This document shows, one piece after another, positions 1 through 14,827 of a stretch of DNA of 64,000 bases (the first letter of the stretch is position 1; every line of letters starts with the position of its first letter). Both the position numbers and the translations under genes were made by a program. The stretch is from Lingula anatina (Eukaryota > Animalia > Brachiopoda): the NCBI GenBank assembly GCA_051362555.1, contig CM120640.1, positions 12,462,001 to 12,526,000 on the forward strand, in the 5' to 3' direction. Under the pieces are notes generated by a model. It was given only the letters and a program-made list of their open reading frames with translations. It did no database searches and was not told the origin of the DNA.

Positions 1-484
1 AACCAGTTTATTGTTGCTGTCTTTTTTCTTAAAACTGCATACCAGGAGGTATTATGAATGAAAAAAGGTTTTTATCCTTTAGAAATTATGAGTTTATTTG
101 TCATGAATTCTGGCATGAAGTATTAATTTTCAGCACATTAAGCAATTATGATGCAGTTATGATATCCAAATGCATGATGAACTGCCATAACATTATTGTC
201 AGGCTTGTGTAACTTGCAGTGTCATGAGTGACGCTGGTGGTAATCACTGATACTTGATCCATACATGATGTATAAATTGATGCACTGTGACTCCAAATTA
301 TGACAGAATCAGGTTTACCTCTATCAGTTTTGCTTGATCCACATAAGTAATTTAGACTTAAAAAACAACCATGAATATTGATTCAAAAAAAAAAAAAAAA
401 AAAAAAAGAAAGAAATAGACAGAAGGTATGCTACAGGTGCTATTTTAAAAAGGAAAACTGTGAGAAATAGATGGGTTGTTTTAT

Positions 485-528
485 ATCAGTAATTAGATTT
501 GTTTGAATCAGTAATTAGATTTGTTTGA
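485..528. repeat. 22-bp perfect tandem duplication (ATCAGTAATTAGATTTGTTTGA x2)
   Basis: Copies read directly at 485-506 and 507-528. Confidence 0.9.
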
Positions 529-3500
529 ACATACATTGACATATACTGTTTCATCCCAGTTAATTATCCATATCCAGTACAGGTTGATGATGACCTCTTG
601 TGATACATGTATATGTGAGGTAGCCCATGTTGCTAAATCTAGCATAAATACATTAATACTTGCATACTGGTACATACATTGCATTGATTAAATTTCTCTT
701 GTTCAGTACAAAAGATAACATCCATGATGGTACATCTATGTACTTCATGTTAATTTCCCTGTTCCATCATGGTACAAGTCTGGTCAACTTAATGAAATGA
801 AATTAGAGCATTCAATCTTTGCTGTGGTTTATACATAATTGCCAGGATATGATAATTTGGTCACCTCAGTGTGCATGTTTGGCCTGATTTGGTCTTTGAA
901 CTATAGAGTTAAGGCTGCTTATTTACTGGTAGATTATGACTAAGCTGTGACAGTTTTACACTTATTGATGTTTCATCTCTTCATCAACTGATGATGGTTT
1001 TGTAACATTCACAGGAAAACTTTTTGATGAGGATGAGGAATTTTTAAAATTAGTTTTGATGATCAATACTGTTTCATTTTACATCTGATTTGTTTTATTT
1101 TTCATAAATAATTTTTCAGTAATAACACTTACTTCAGTTAAATATTGAATTCTACTTTTTTTTTTTGCAAGAATTCGTTGTTTTATTAATATCACACAGG
1201 AGCAGATTGATGAGATAAACACATATCTTACATATCTTTATATGTGCTCACTTATTGTTAAAAATGTTCATTTATGTACTGGGAGGTGCCAGATTGAAGA
1301 ATCCTGAATGGCCATCAGACCTTGTATCAGACATTGTAACTATGGGTTATTTAAATGTCTCTGAAGTTTATTACTGACTCTGGATGTCACTTTCCATCAC
1401 CTGTATAAAAGGTCTTATTTCCCTAGAACAGGTGAAGGTGGCTCTTGGCCTATTACTGTCACTCACTCCCCCAGGGTTACCTCATCAACATGATCACTGG
1501 TTATGCAATGTTCACATACAGGTGAATGGGTTCATACTCATCAGGAATATCTCTGCGTTTGTTAGGTAAAAAACTGTGTGTGAGTTTCTGTGGTATCGAA
1601 GAGACAGAATGAAGGTTGGTGCTTGAAAACTAATACAGAATTCTTGTTTTCATCTGTTTGAAAACTGTCATTTAAAGATTCCCTTTACCTGCTTGCTTAA
1701 GTTCAGTTAAGATATATCAAAATTATATGAAAGACTTCTTGTTCAATAATATGGAGATTGATATGTGCATTAAAAAAGAAATATTTAAAGCTAAAAGTGT
1801 CCATATGTATAAGACTTTTGGTTCCTACAAAAAGTATGCTTCATCAAAAACTCTTAAAATTTTATTTTGGCACATTTCCTTTTTAAATCTATTAAAACAG
1901 TGTGACTTTCAACATTAGAAAATTAATGACAGATAAGGATTTTGCTTAAAAGCATACAGTTTAATTTTTTTCTGTATCCCTTATCCTCTTGTAGTTCCTC
2001 ATTTTAATTATGCAATGATTCTTTTTGTGGCTCATGTGGATTTTTTTTACATTGCCAATGTTTGCATGAAAATGAGTAACAACTTACGGACATAAATGAT
2101 AGTTTACCATGAGTGAACAACCCAAATTTTTTTCAAAGAATGAGAAGATTATTGCATTACAATGATCCTCAGAAACTTGTCTCAGAGGTCAAAGAGGACA
2201 TAGTGTGCAGTATTCAGCCCCAGCCCACAACCACATTAGTCACATTTCCCAGTGACACACACATACCCCTTACCCAACAAGCAGGCAGGGCAGAAGATTG
2301 ATTTCTATTCTTTCCCACAAAACTTGAAGTTTTCAATTGTCATTGAATAACTGTCTAATAGCCCTTAATACCATGTTTTCTATATCACCTTCTTAAGTAG
2401 GGTTAAATGCAGGGATTGTACAACCTTTAACAATTGCCTTACTATTGTAGACAGGGGGCTGGAGTTTATGACTGCTGTGTATTTAGGACAATAATTACAG
2501 TAGTGACAGTGATTACAGTCTTCTCACCTAGTGGTGATGTAGTCAAGCTGGATCGGACAATGGTCAGTGATTATTGGTCAAAGGTAATGGTCATTCTTAG
2601 TATCTGCTTAATGATATAGTTTACTGTTGCTAACAGTGTTTTTGTGTTTAGGGCAATAATTTACCTCCAAGGTACTGAAGTTTCTTAAAAGGAATTTTGT
2701 TGATGAAAATGCACTCTGTGATACTTGGTACTTGTTCACTATGGACATTACTATTCTGTGCATGTGTATGCATGGTGCACCTGTGCACTCACATGCACGT
2801 GCATGTGCACACACACACACTCTTAACATAAAAAGGAGTACAAAGCATATTTAACTATAGTTTTACTAATATTTTTTTAACTGCTTCGACCCCATTTTTG
2901 TTTAAATGTATGTCAGGTGAAAGGTAAAAGTAATCCCAATCTTTTAGTTTTAATTTCTCAAAGATAGTTTATTATTATCAAACAGTGAAAATCCAAATAA
3001 TACACCTTCATGATATGATATAAATGTTTTAACTTTCATTACAGTTTAGTGGCATTAAATTAAAACAAATATAGTCCAATGAGCAGTGCCAAAATGGAGC
3101 TATTTATAATCTCTTGGAAGATGGCCTTCTCCCATACTGCCACGCACTCTATCCTGTTATTGATCTTCTATCAGTATAAGACAACTTACCGTATAGGTCC
3201 ATATTAGAATAGTCTAAACAAGCCTAAATAATCCAGGTTGGAATTAGAACACCACATTGTTAATCCAGAGTAACAACTTCAGGGCCTGTTAAGATGAGAA
3301 AATGCATGATGTTTGTATTGTCACTGACGGCAAATAAAATGACAACATTTCAGTAGTGTAGGTGAATTTATCTGCAGTAGATGTTAAAGTATAAATTATG
3401 ATTGATAAAAGACTGAGAGCAGCCTGGGTATGGAGAGGAAGACCCATTGGTCACCTTTTTCAAGAGATTACATGCAAAACTCCTTTGTACCTCTTTCAGG

Positions 3501-6500
3501 CATTGTATTCTTGGACTATGATTTCTATTTGGTCACCACATGGCTATTAAAAAAAACTTTGGGATAAAGTGAAATTTATTGAGTTATCATGAATGATTTT
3601 TGAGTTATCAAAGTCTAAATGTCATGACAATATGACTTGACTTTTTCCATGATAAATAGATATATGCTGTGTGAGCTGATCTTTCCAAATTGTGTAGAAA
3701 CACAACATATTTAAAAAAAGTTGTTATGTATCTAGGACGAGCATAATTGGCCTTTGGGACAAACAGTAAAGAAAACAGAAAGTAGCATATTACAAAAATG
3801 AGTCCCCATTACAAACCTCTCCTAGCTGAAATAAAGCACTTTTAATCTCTACACTTTTAACCAGATTTTATAGTATAACTTCCACTTGTAGCACAGAAAT
3901 GGCAAAAAAAAAAAAAAATCGAGATGAAAAACAAGAAGCTTCTATTTTATTTAAACAAAGAAAAGCCTATCATATAATATCTATTTTTTCAACTGATTTT
4001 TGTGCCTTGGTATTCATGAGAAAATGGAGGAAGTTTCAAGGAAAATTCATTTTCATGCTATATAACTGTCTGAATTGGTAAAAGCTGCTTCAGTGGTTTT
4101 TCCATTATCATAATGACATGAAACATACCTTAAAGGAAAATATATGTAGAACATTAGCTGTGATACATCCCCCACAACCCACCAAAATATGTCATAGGAA
4201 GCAAAATGTTTCCAATAAATATTTGAAGTTTTGTGATCATTTCTCTTCCAGATTGTCAAGGTCCAGTCACAGAACAGGAATTTAGCAAATTACATGTTCT
4301 GTGATATCATATTGACACTTCAACTAGTCCCTAATTCAGCAATGTTGTTTGAATTAGACAGGAAGTAGTTAGGCGAGTCAGATTTTTTTCAAGGCAAAAC
4401 TGTTACATTGAAAGGTTTGATTTATAAATTATAGCTAGTTAGTTGAGTCAATGCATCCTGCACGAATGTGGATCTTTTTGTTCGTGTTTTGCCTCATTTC
4501 TTGAGCTGTGTCAGGTTACGTCTTTATCAGCCCCTCGCACCTGCAAAGTGGAAATCTCTACGCCATGGGTAATTTCTGCTGAACAAAGCTGGGGTGATGG
4601 CAAAAAGGTTTGCAATTCAGAGTCTCCCTCACCTTCTCTACAAAATAACAGCTATCAGATTCTTAAGTGGCATATTAATTTTGTTCCATCGTAGTTGATG
4701 GCATGTTTAAATGATAGCATTTGTCATAGGGGACATTTTGATGGTGACACAAGTGGTCTGGGGTCATAGAAAATTTTGTCTGAAAACGGATATGGCTCAT
4801 TATTTGCAGGCAAATCTATATCATATGGTGGATCAAATTTAGGTAAATATCCTATCTTTTTAGAAAATAATCTGAAAGGAGACTGAAATTTAATCCAAAC
4901 AAAATGTCATTATTTATCGACTACGGTTGTAACACAAATCAGAGTTTAGAATTGATTGTGGGTGGAGGGGTTTCCATTTCATTGTATTCTGTGAAAATTA
5001 TAGTAAAAAATAAATGTGCATTGAAGAATATTTCAGTTTATTTTTCAAGTGAATTTTTTGCCAGTTTTCCCAATACTGTAACCCAATAATTGTAACTCCA
5101 AAGAAGTGGTGCATTGTGTTTTGGTTTAGAATGTGACCACTAGATGGCAGATCAGCTGTACTTGTGTTTGGAAAAAGCATTTTCACTTCAGAGTCATCTG
5201 CACTATATGCTTTTTCAATTTATACACACTATTGACTCCTTATTAACATAAAAAATTACAGAAATGCTTGATGAACTTTATATAAGTTTGATTTACATTT
5301 TAAAAAGTCTGCAAGGTGTAATTTAAAGAAGTATTGAAAACAGTTCAGTTTGCCACACCCATGTTGGCACAACTTGCTCAAGATATTCTTCTACCACCTC
5401 AATGGTGCATGTATGTGATGGGCGGCATATTTTAGGAAGATATAATTATTATGTGCAAAAAGTCTGCCATAGTCAGGACGGAGGCCATCACTGAAGAGAC
5501 TAAAAACTGCCAAAATTTTTAGCATAGCAATCTCAGACTTTTTTGCATGTAGCTGATATTAATAATAAAGCCATTAAGTACTAACTTTTACTTTCCAAAA
5601 CCAATATTGAGGAGTAATAAGCAGTAAAATAATATTATTATATTGCATTTAAAAGTATTTGAGAAATTGTTATTGGAAGCGTTGGACATTTTAAAAATCT
5701 GCTTTATAAAATTAACAAATCATTTTAATGGTATCTTGTTTTTTTCTTTTTCTTGAGGAATTGAAACTAATAGGACTAATTATAAATGTTATTGACTCTA
5801 TGGTGTTAATTTTTTTAAAAAACGCTACGCAGGCAATATGCACTGGTTCTTCAGAGTAAATTTTCATTTCATTTTTTTTTTCCTGAGAAATGGGGGATTC
5901 ACACAGCTTGTTTCCCTTGTATATTGAACAGCAGAGGACATGTCTAAAACTTACATAACAACTTTGTATAACAACAAGCATCTTGCTAATTTTCATTGTA
6001 GCAGCCATGATAGCAATATTTCAGTGCTAAAAGGTCTTTGTCCCATCTCTGTCTCCAGCATATGTTGGCCGCTACTTTGACAAAAACAACTGTCCCCTTG
6101 TTTTGAATGATTAATGATACTGAAGGAACGGGGCTGGTAACAAGATCTCATAACTGCATTCTGAAGTGATTAATATGGAATTAAACATCCTGCATTAGAA
6201 AAAAATAGAGAGGCGCACATTGTATGAGCAGAAAGGCAGAAGCAGATGCAGTGTCGCAGTGTGTTTTGTGGGCTGTTCAAAATGATCACTGTAACTAACA
6301 CTGATGATCTTGTAAGAAACAAGGTGTGCCTTTAGACAAAGGAGTTACAAATGATCCGCATGTCAGAGCCTTGTTAATTGATTGCCTAAAAGATTGTTAT
6401 GATTGTCCATTTGTTACATGGACATATGTGACTTTACTGGTAACTGTCATGTATCCATCAAACTCCCCATTACGTGAGTCTTGTTTCAAGGTCTTTGTGA

Positions 6501-9500
6501 AGTAAAGGGAACATTAGTCCAGATTTGTAATGTATTAGATCTTTCCGTGTATTAATGTTGGATAAACAGCTAAAAATAATTTTAATTTTAAGAAAAACAG
6601 GTTTCTTTTGACGTATTGTGTAAGTTATATTACCAGTCCTTTTTTTCTTGCTGTCATATGAAAATGTTTAAGCTATTTTTATTTGTAAGCCAGGGGTTTT
6701 ATTCTTATGTTAATGGTATTTTAGGTGTAGGTTTGCAGGTGTAACGAGGATAGGATAAGGTGAATTAAGCATGGACTTAATGATATTTTTCATATTATGT
6801 TTCAGCAAAATTCTTTACTTATGATCTCACATTTCAGTAAGATATCAAAGTTGATGGTTGTTTTGGAAATACCAGGTGCGTGTTTATAAACGTATTATCA
6901 GTAATCAACTTTTAGAATTTTTTAAAAGATAGAATAGGGTCAAGACTGATGTGTGCAAATGATCTTCATGTCTGTGGAGATGATGTCAAAATTGTGTCAA
7001 ATTCATCGTACGGTTGAAATTTGTTTCCTATGTTTTTTAATTGCATCATTCATTTATATCTCTCTAATAACTCAGTTCACTATCATTTTAAATGCAATGC
7101 ACTATTTTTGTTTTTGATTTTGGTCAGTTTATGAATGGGGTGATTTTACAGTAGTAATTTGCATGGTCTGAATGTCAACCAAAAATGTTCAATGGATGAA
7201 TACTGGTAACAAGTGTAGATTAACTTAGATCAAGAATCCATTGATTATATGGGGTTTTACATGATTTCATCTTGTCAATCCAACAGGATGAGGCCTTATG
7301 TAACAACTTCTCTCTTTATTTCGATAGTCTCCACCACTGATATATTAAATTGGTAGTTTCTAGCCAATGAATAACACACCCCCTTTGTTGCCTGGATGAC
7401 AACAGGTCTGGGGTGATTTTTAAAATGACCTTTTGAACATTACCCAGTGATATGATTCAAATAGGTACTTGGTGGGTTATTAATGGTATTCTACTTATCA
7501 CATATATGGTAGAGAGTTTCAGACTGTCACTTAAAATGGCCCCTGTTAAAGTCCCATTTCTCTACTTATTGATGCTAAATAACCACCTTTATTTCTTTCA
7601 AGTTGATGATGAAAAATGGAATTTGTCAAGAAAAGCAAGGCGATGTGATAATTTTAAGTCATTATTATGGAATCATGTTCCTAAAGTCATGTATACTGGG
7701 GATGGTATGGAGATCACCCACATTGATGTTTTATTAAAGAAAACATATACAAAATAAGAAACAAGAGAAGCCATTTTCAAGGGTATTGAGGTAGAACAGA
7801 AAGAGCTGCGGTCTTGGGCGCAGATTTCTGTGGGCAAGCCTACAGCTATGGTGGAGTTGCAGGGGTACGATTGAAATCATTCGTGCCCTATAGGTGTGAA
7901 TAAAGTACTTGCCCTGCCTTCCAGCTCTTGATGCAATTGTTCGAAATGCTTCTGGTTGTTTGACTTTCTATCCAAAATACCCAATCTCATTTCTAATTTC
8001 AAATAAATACAGTGTAACCAAATGCTGTGTGCTGTGTAAATTTTGGACATTCAACTTAGCATTGTTCATGTAGAAAAACGTGAGGTTGAATCGGTCGACC
8101 CTTGATGTATCTCAATTAAAATTATATACTCGGCTCATATGACAATTCCAAGCACGAGAACGCCCAAACAGTTAGCTCACTCAGGCATGAGTGTAAAGAG
8201 ATTTCTCGCCAAAGTCCTTTGTACATGATGTTATTAGGACTACTATTGGCTTTTAGCAGCACAGGCCTCATTGTACCTTTTGGTATTACAAGGCTTTTAA
8301 TCATTTGCAGGGTGTACCATTACATTATTGTTCAACAAACCTTAGCCATAATTTTGTAAATATTATTTTAATATTTTTTGATTCATTTTTCCTCTGGAAT
8401 GGGAAGGCATTCTATTAAGTCGATGTTTTTGATATCTTTCGACTAATTTGACCCTCTTGTGTGGTGTGTGTAATTTAAGCATATTATTTTCTTTCATGGG
8501 GGTAGGGGTATTAACATTTTGACTGGTGTGTTTGAAAAGATGATGTTGTGATTAACACCTCAGTGTACTTGCGCAAATAATTCCTGCATGCGCGACATTG
8601 CAAGCATCAATAGATACTTTAACCATATAACAATAGCATTAAAGCCGACACCGAATCCTTAAATATTGTAAACAAACGATCAAACATGGTCTGTTAAAAT
8701 ATACCTTTAACCTCCACTCTAAGCTCTTGTTAGGATCAAGTGTGCACCTTGGTAAGAAGGGGTCTGCAGTTAAATGAAAATGATCGAAACAAAATAAAAA
8801 CTGTATGAAAGATCATTAAAGGCGAGGACAATAGGAATGAAATCACAAAAATTGTTATTGAGTCCAGCATGTTTATCTAAACAGTCCCCCACATTTTGAG
8901 CAAATATTAAAGGGCAATATTGATGCCCGAATCACCTTTATGACTTTATTAATAGGAATAAAAACCAGAAACTCTAGTGGCAACCTGATCATAAATTGAA
9001 AGGTTGCACAAGTCTTGTGCGTGGCCATTTTGTAATGTCAGAACAGCAGTCAACAACAACTGACATTAGCTACAAATTTGTGCCTTTGATACTTAATTAA
9101 TTGTTATAATTTTTGATACAATTTTGGGAATTCCTTCTACCAGATATCAAATCACGAGTAGTTTTGCTTTTGTTGACAAGTAGAAATTTTATTGGGAATT
9201 CAGTTGGTTGTGGTTTTCATTCCTTAAAAAGAAATTTCAACTTAATTATGGTTTCAGGCTGATCTTTTTCTTTGTAACTTTGTGATTAAGTGAAAAAACA
9301 AAGTATCCTACCAACCCACTTGTGTTAATACAAAAAAGGCATGGTCTGACTCAGAAAGTTTCTTATTGATGAGACATTCTCCAAAAATATGGTAGAGTGC
9401 TTCAAAAATCATTTAACCTATTCATTTCATGCCTGTGCAGGCATATCATCTTTATCACTGATCTTATTCTTCTATATGAATTGATTTTCACTTTCTTTGG

Positions 9501-11227
9501 GCCCAGGATAATGTAATGAGATTGGGTAGTAATTGTTGAAAACCTTTGAACACACTGATAGTTTGTCAAAGTGACCTGTAGGAAGTGTTATGGATCAGAA
9601 TAGTGATATCTTGAATGAAAACGAAGATTTTGACACGTCATTAAGGTGGCATATTGACTTAATCAGATGAAAAATCTAATAGTTTCCTTTTCTTAGGTTA
9701 CCATGTTTTGTGACCAGCTGTAGCACTACAAGATTAATGTCTATTCTGTAAATTAAAATGATGGATTGTTTATGTGGATTGGTGTGCTATTATCATTATA
9801 TTTTTCCCAAAGAGAATTTGAAAAAAAGTGCTTTAGAAATTACATTTTAAAAAGGTGCTTTAATTGCAGTATTAGGAGAACAGTGGTACCTTGTATTAAT
9901 ACTGACTACTTGACATGTGTCATGGTATAGCAGATAAATATCTACCTCACTCGTATCCCTTTTACTTTATAAGTTCTTACATAGATTACATGTTTCACTT
10001 ATTGAAACAATACAAAACTTTACACCTCTGATATTAAATTTCTACAAGCAGCTGGTATTACTTTTTTCCCATTTAAACATTAAAGAGAGAACAACACAAG
10101 GTTCTTTTTCAATCCAAACTAAGCTGTGGGCCTTGGTATGAAAGTGTAGCATATCCTTCTCCATACCAAACTTGGTAGTCCTATTACCAATCTGAATGTG
10201 ATCAATATACAGTGATTAATGGCACTGTTAACAATTAAGTGCTTGTACCTCCCCCATGTGATCATTGAAGGTCCTCCATCAAGAGGTGGCAGGACCAAAA
10301 TGATAGGCGGCAACTATGGATAAAATTTCTTTATAATATTTGTCTGTTCAGCGATCTGATGATTCGGGTGCTATCTTTATAAAAGAAAAACTGACATAGC
10401 CATGGCAAGGAGAGACTAATCATTTGTAGGGGCAGGGCTGATCAGAGTAAATTTGAAAAAGATTGAGATGGCTTATTTAAGGAAGCCCTCTCATGCGGTG
10501 TACATTAATGGATGGATGAACAGCTTCAGTGGCAGAAAAATTGCCTCTTTTTGTCCGCGGAGTGTAATTACAGATAAAGGTGATGGTTTGTGGAGTGGAA
10601 GAGATAGTCCACAGTCATTGATAGCTGGTGGGGATCACTTACAAGACTGGGGGAACCTGCTTGTATTTAAGAAACTTTCTCAACCCGAGAGACATCACAT
10701 GCCACACATATTTTTGTATTCAGAAAAATTATCCATTGATCGATTCATCATAAAATAAATTTAATATGAGATGGTGATGTTATCATATACTTAGGGGAAT
10801 AGTGAAGAAAACAATATTATCGTCTGTAGGTGCAAAAATGTTTGTGAGGTCAAAAATCTAGGGTCAGGGGTTGAAGAATGAGCCCCGCCATAAATAAATA
10901 TGATTTCAATGACATGTGAAAGGTTGTAGTAATCAACACTTAACAGAAAAGATTTGATCCAAAGAAACCTCTCAGATGATGAGATAACAGCACAGCTGGG
11001 CACTGATTGTAACCATTTGAAACTGAGAATTAATGTCAAAAATTATACTGATTTAGATTATTTCATTAGATTCATAGTTTGCCTGTTGCTCTTACCTTTC
11101 ATTTTTAGCATAAATACTGTGCATGAAAAGCATGTTTTGTGCTTGTCATAGAAAATTACTGAAAGGACAGAATTAATGTTTACTGTATTTTCTTATGTGT
11201 ATTTATTTTATTTATTTATTTTTTTAG

Positions 11228-11305
11228 ATTTCAACAAAAGATCTTGAAGCCAAACTTCAAGAAGCTACCTCTGAGCCAGTGGTGTACTATAACAAAGGAC
11301 TGTGA
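11228..11305 (+). CDS. SFXN5: Sideroflexin (SFXN5-like), terminal coding exon; upstream exons appear to lie outside the window
   Basis: T-rich tract and TTTTTAG acceptor, then ISTKDLEAKLQEATSEPVVYYNKGL*. This matches the sideroflexin C-terminal Y/FNKGL signature and best resembles the SFXN5 end as I recall it ([25 protein letters not shown]). It is too short for the ORF track. Confidence 0.85.
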   Translation: MSTKDLEAKLQEATSEPVVYYNKGL

Positions 11306-14300
11306 TTTGATCCTCTCAGCAAGCTTGTTTTTTCATGAACCAGGTGGAAAAGACCAGCATTACACAAGTGAATATAATGAAATATTTAAGAATCATAAAT
11401 GTGTATACAAAGTTGATAGAAAGACTAATTATGATGTTCAAAATTTCCAAGAAATGAGAATTGACATTATTAGATTTTTTTAAATATTAAAATGATTTTT
11501 TAATAACAGTAACACCACTGCTTATTAGCTTTGAAAATTTATAGGCAAATTATTTTGATATGTTGATTTAAATTGACTGTATATCTGTGCACTTCGGTAC
11601 ATACAGTATATTTATGTAACAATTTTGTATTGAAATTTACTATTGAATGATGTATAAGATATTGACATACCTTGTTATATTTATGCAGTTTATAGTATGC
11701 CAGATCACTTACATATCCCCACAGCTGTCATAAATGTAAAATGTGTACTGTGCTGTTAAATATTCTGTCAGCTACATATATTATACAACACTATTGACAG
11801 CATTTACCACAGCACTTACAACAATTTTATAAAAGAAGGATTTCTAAGAACATCCAAATGCAGTATTTAATGTTGTTTTTACCTTCTCAGAAATATGTTG
11901 AAAATATAAAGTTATCGCTTAATTCTGTTTACTTTGTATTCAATCCTACAAAAAGTGTATTTCAACCTCACACTTTATTTCCTTGATAAAGATAGCCCGG
12001 CAGATAACTGCATATCATTTCAGCATATTTAACGGACTTACATCCAAATAGCTATTCAATGATAACACAATTTGACAATTTCAGTAGAATATATACCCAA
12101 TGGATACTATTTCAATTAACCTCCCGCAGTTTCCATGGTTTACATTCCATAGCAATGTAAAGTTGTGCAAGCGGTATTAGATTGCTGTTTCCTAAGCAAT
12201 AACGCCGTGTGTCCTTTGCAAGGTGTGTCAATTAACATACTGATCTCCTCTCATTACTACCTGTCAACGTGGCTGCAAGAATTTCTGGCATGAGCTCCTG
12301 TCCTTAAGCGGGGAGTATGTCGCTATAAAATAGTTATGGTTTCCATTGCTCACCCCGGATTTCGCCGTTTTACAATGGGTATATCATTTTTCTTTTCAGA
12401 AATGTAGCATGGTATGCAACAGTAGCAATGATGTTCGCGGCTCCTGTTGAACTTGCAAATGCAGGGTGCCGTAGATATATTTTCCTGCTACGTTTTTTCT
12501 CCGTAATGACGATTTCATGACCTACTGATATATTTCTACGGTGCTGAAAACACAATGACATATCAGGAAATTATGATTTTCCATTGTCAGTTAAAAAGCA
12601 CCTTCAGTGAATTTTACTCTTGCCAACTAAAATATTACTTTTCAAAAGATGTGATAACTGCGAAAGTTTTAAAAACTACATGAGTTTTCAGCGTTGCATT
12701 TCTGTTTAAATTTCTGTTTAATGTGGCGATTTGCATCATGCTGAGCTGGTCACTATTTTCATAGTTTTCATGGGCCAGCATTTTACTTTCAAATAATTTT
12801 ACAAGGGAACTGCTTGTGTCACACGCATATAGCAAACGCCTACAAGCAAGAAATAATTTGGTGTGTGTTTCTCCAATAAAATTTTATTTTTGACCATAAT
12901 TATGCCTCGTGGCTGTAAGTAAGATGTTTTTAATATTGTTCTCATGTCAGACTTTCTATTGAGACTTTGACTAATCGATCTCACTTAAGGTGATAAAGAT
13001 AGGAGGTGAAAGGAAGGTTAGATACCATTAGTGAGACACCTTGGGGGATTTCCCTCTCTGCCCTCCCGGTTACAGCAGAAAGAAAAAAATTCTTTCACTT
13101 ATCTTGAAAAGCTGTCAAGCTATTATGAGCATTAGAATACCATAAAATCTCCTGCAAGCCATTTGGTTTCATTTTTTTCTTCTTAATTTTCATTTTTTCC
13201 TTATTTTTTAACTTGAAAGGTAAACTTGTGTAGTTAGACTGAAAGGATACTGGAAAAGGAGAAGCCTGCTGTAGGAAGTTTTTATGGTGTGTTAATTACA
13301 AAGTTGTTTGTTTAAGAACCACGCTTGTTGTTTTGTGTTTTGTTTGAGACTTTAGAAAAAGGAGGCGTAAATATTTATTGAGCCGGTAGAAAATAAATTC
13401 GGTTCTTTTTCTGCAATTATGAGGAAAAGTGTCAATATTATTATGAACAACACGCGTCTTGTAGGTGGCCATTGTTTATTTGTGAGTATCATTGCTGTGT
13501 ATGTAAGTGTGAGAGACCGCCAGTTAACTGTGCAAACAAGCTTATGGCGAGTTCTAGCGTCTAAAAAAAAATATTCCCAAGAGAAAGGCGGTAAATAAGC
13601 GTGACAGTAAAAATTGTGTCATGTGCATATTTAGAATTATGTTATGAAAAAAGAAAAACGTTTCTAAAAATGATAACGAAAACACGAGCATAATTTGGGG
13701 TAAATGTATCCTTGCTCTTTTTCTTTAGTTTATAAAACTGATTGAGTAACAAAGATCATGAAATTTACGTCAAATCTTTTGGTTTAGATATTTCTTTAAA
13801 GTACATCTATAATTCCCTTAAATGTTATGGTAATTATAATCTCTTAAGTTAATTGTTGTCAGTTTCAGAATGCATCACTTTAGTCACGCTATCAGCCTTC
13901 TATATTAAACACTGATCATCAAATCCGTAGGCTCCGTGTTTTGGACCCTACAAATGTCTTTGCTTACACAAACACCCATGTTTAACGTAAACTAATCACA
14001 AGGTAGTTTGAAAAATGACTGTAAATTTGGTAAAAAGGTGTAACTTTTTTGCTTCATAAGAATTATTGTTATGGCCATTCGACTCGCTTCCATCGTTTCA
14101 AAAATGCAGCAGAATAATTACATCGGGTCACTGAGAGGCTAAAATAAGATCGGCACTTCATTAACAGCATCTTCTGCTTGCAGCAGCGTCTCAGCTTGGC
14201 GTTAATGACTGCGGTTAATTGTTCATTATCTCTCTTTTGTTGTTCAACATACTATCCAACATCAAAATGAGCGAAGAAGGTGGCAGAAGAAGCCTGCGCG

Positions 14301-14784
14301 TTGTACCACAAGGACACGGATTGTTAATGTTTCTCAGTAATGAATGTCATTAGCATCGTGTCAACAGATGGAACCTGCGCCGGCTGGCCGGGAATCGGGA
14401 AGAAATATGATTAACACTCCTCTTTTTCTCTTTTTTTTAAAGTTTATTAATTACCCCATAATAACCTAGCCTTTCTTCTGACCCATACTCTTTTGTAGAG
14501 GTTAAGCGCAAAATGTACATAGGCGCTCTTTCTTACGTCCTGCGTTGAATATGTTTCCCTAAGGATGGACACGGTATTCGTTGGTTTGTGTGTATAAACA
14601 AAATGTATCTAAGAGTATAACATACTCATCGATAAAAAGTTTTCACGACGCACTGGTCAGTAGGTTTGATGAAAAAAGTCCATTTTTAATTCTAAATTCG
14701 ATTCTCAACTTGTGTATAAGCGTTACGATTTTTTTCTTGGCGATTTAAGCATGTTCTATACATTTATTTTGTCATCAGGAATTA

Positions 14785-14787
<3 letters not shown>

Positions 14788-14823
<36 letters not shown>
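14788..14823. repeat. (CA)n microsatellite
   Basis: Uninterrupted CA run of about 18 units. Confidence 0.95.

Positions 14824-14827
<4 letters not shown>

Noticed and set aside
2760-2820. Alternating purine-pyrimidine, palindrome-rich tract as a pre-miRNA or regulatory hairpin
   Set aside because: A degenerate (CA/TG) microsatellite; its self-complementarity is a by-product.
1384-11151. Short ORFs in the first 11 kb, including a TTCCCACAA (FPQ) hit near 2312 as a penultimate sideroflexin exon
   Set aside because: No recognisable protein similarity or compatible splice sites; treated as intron.
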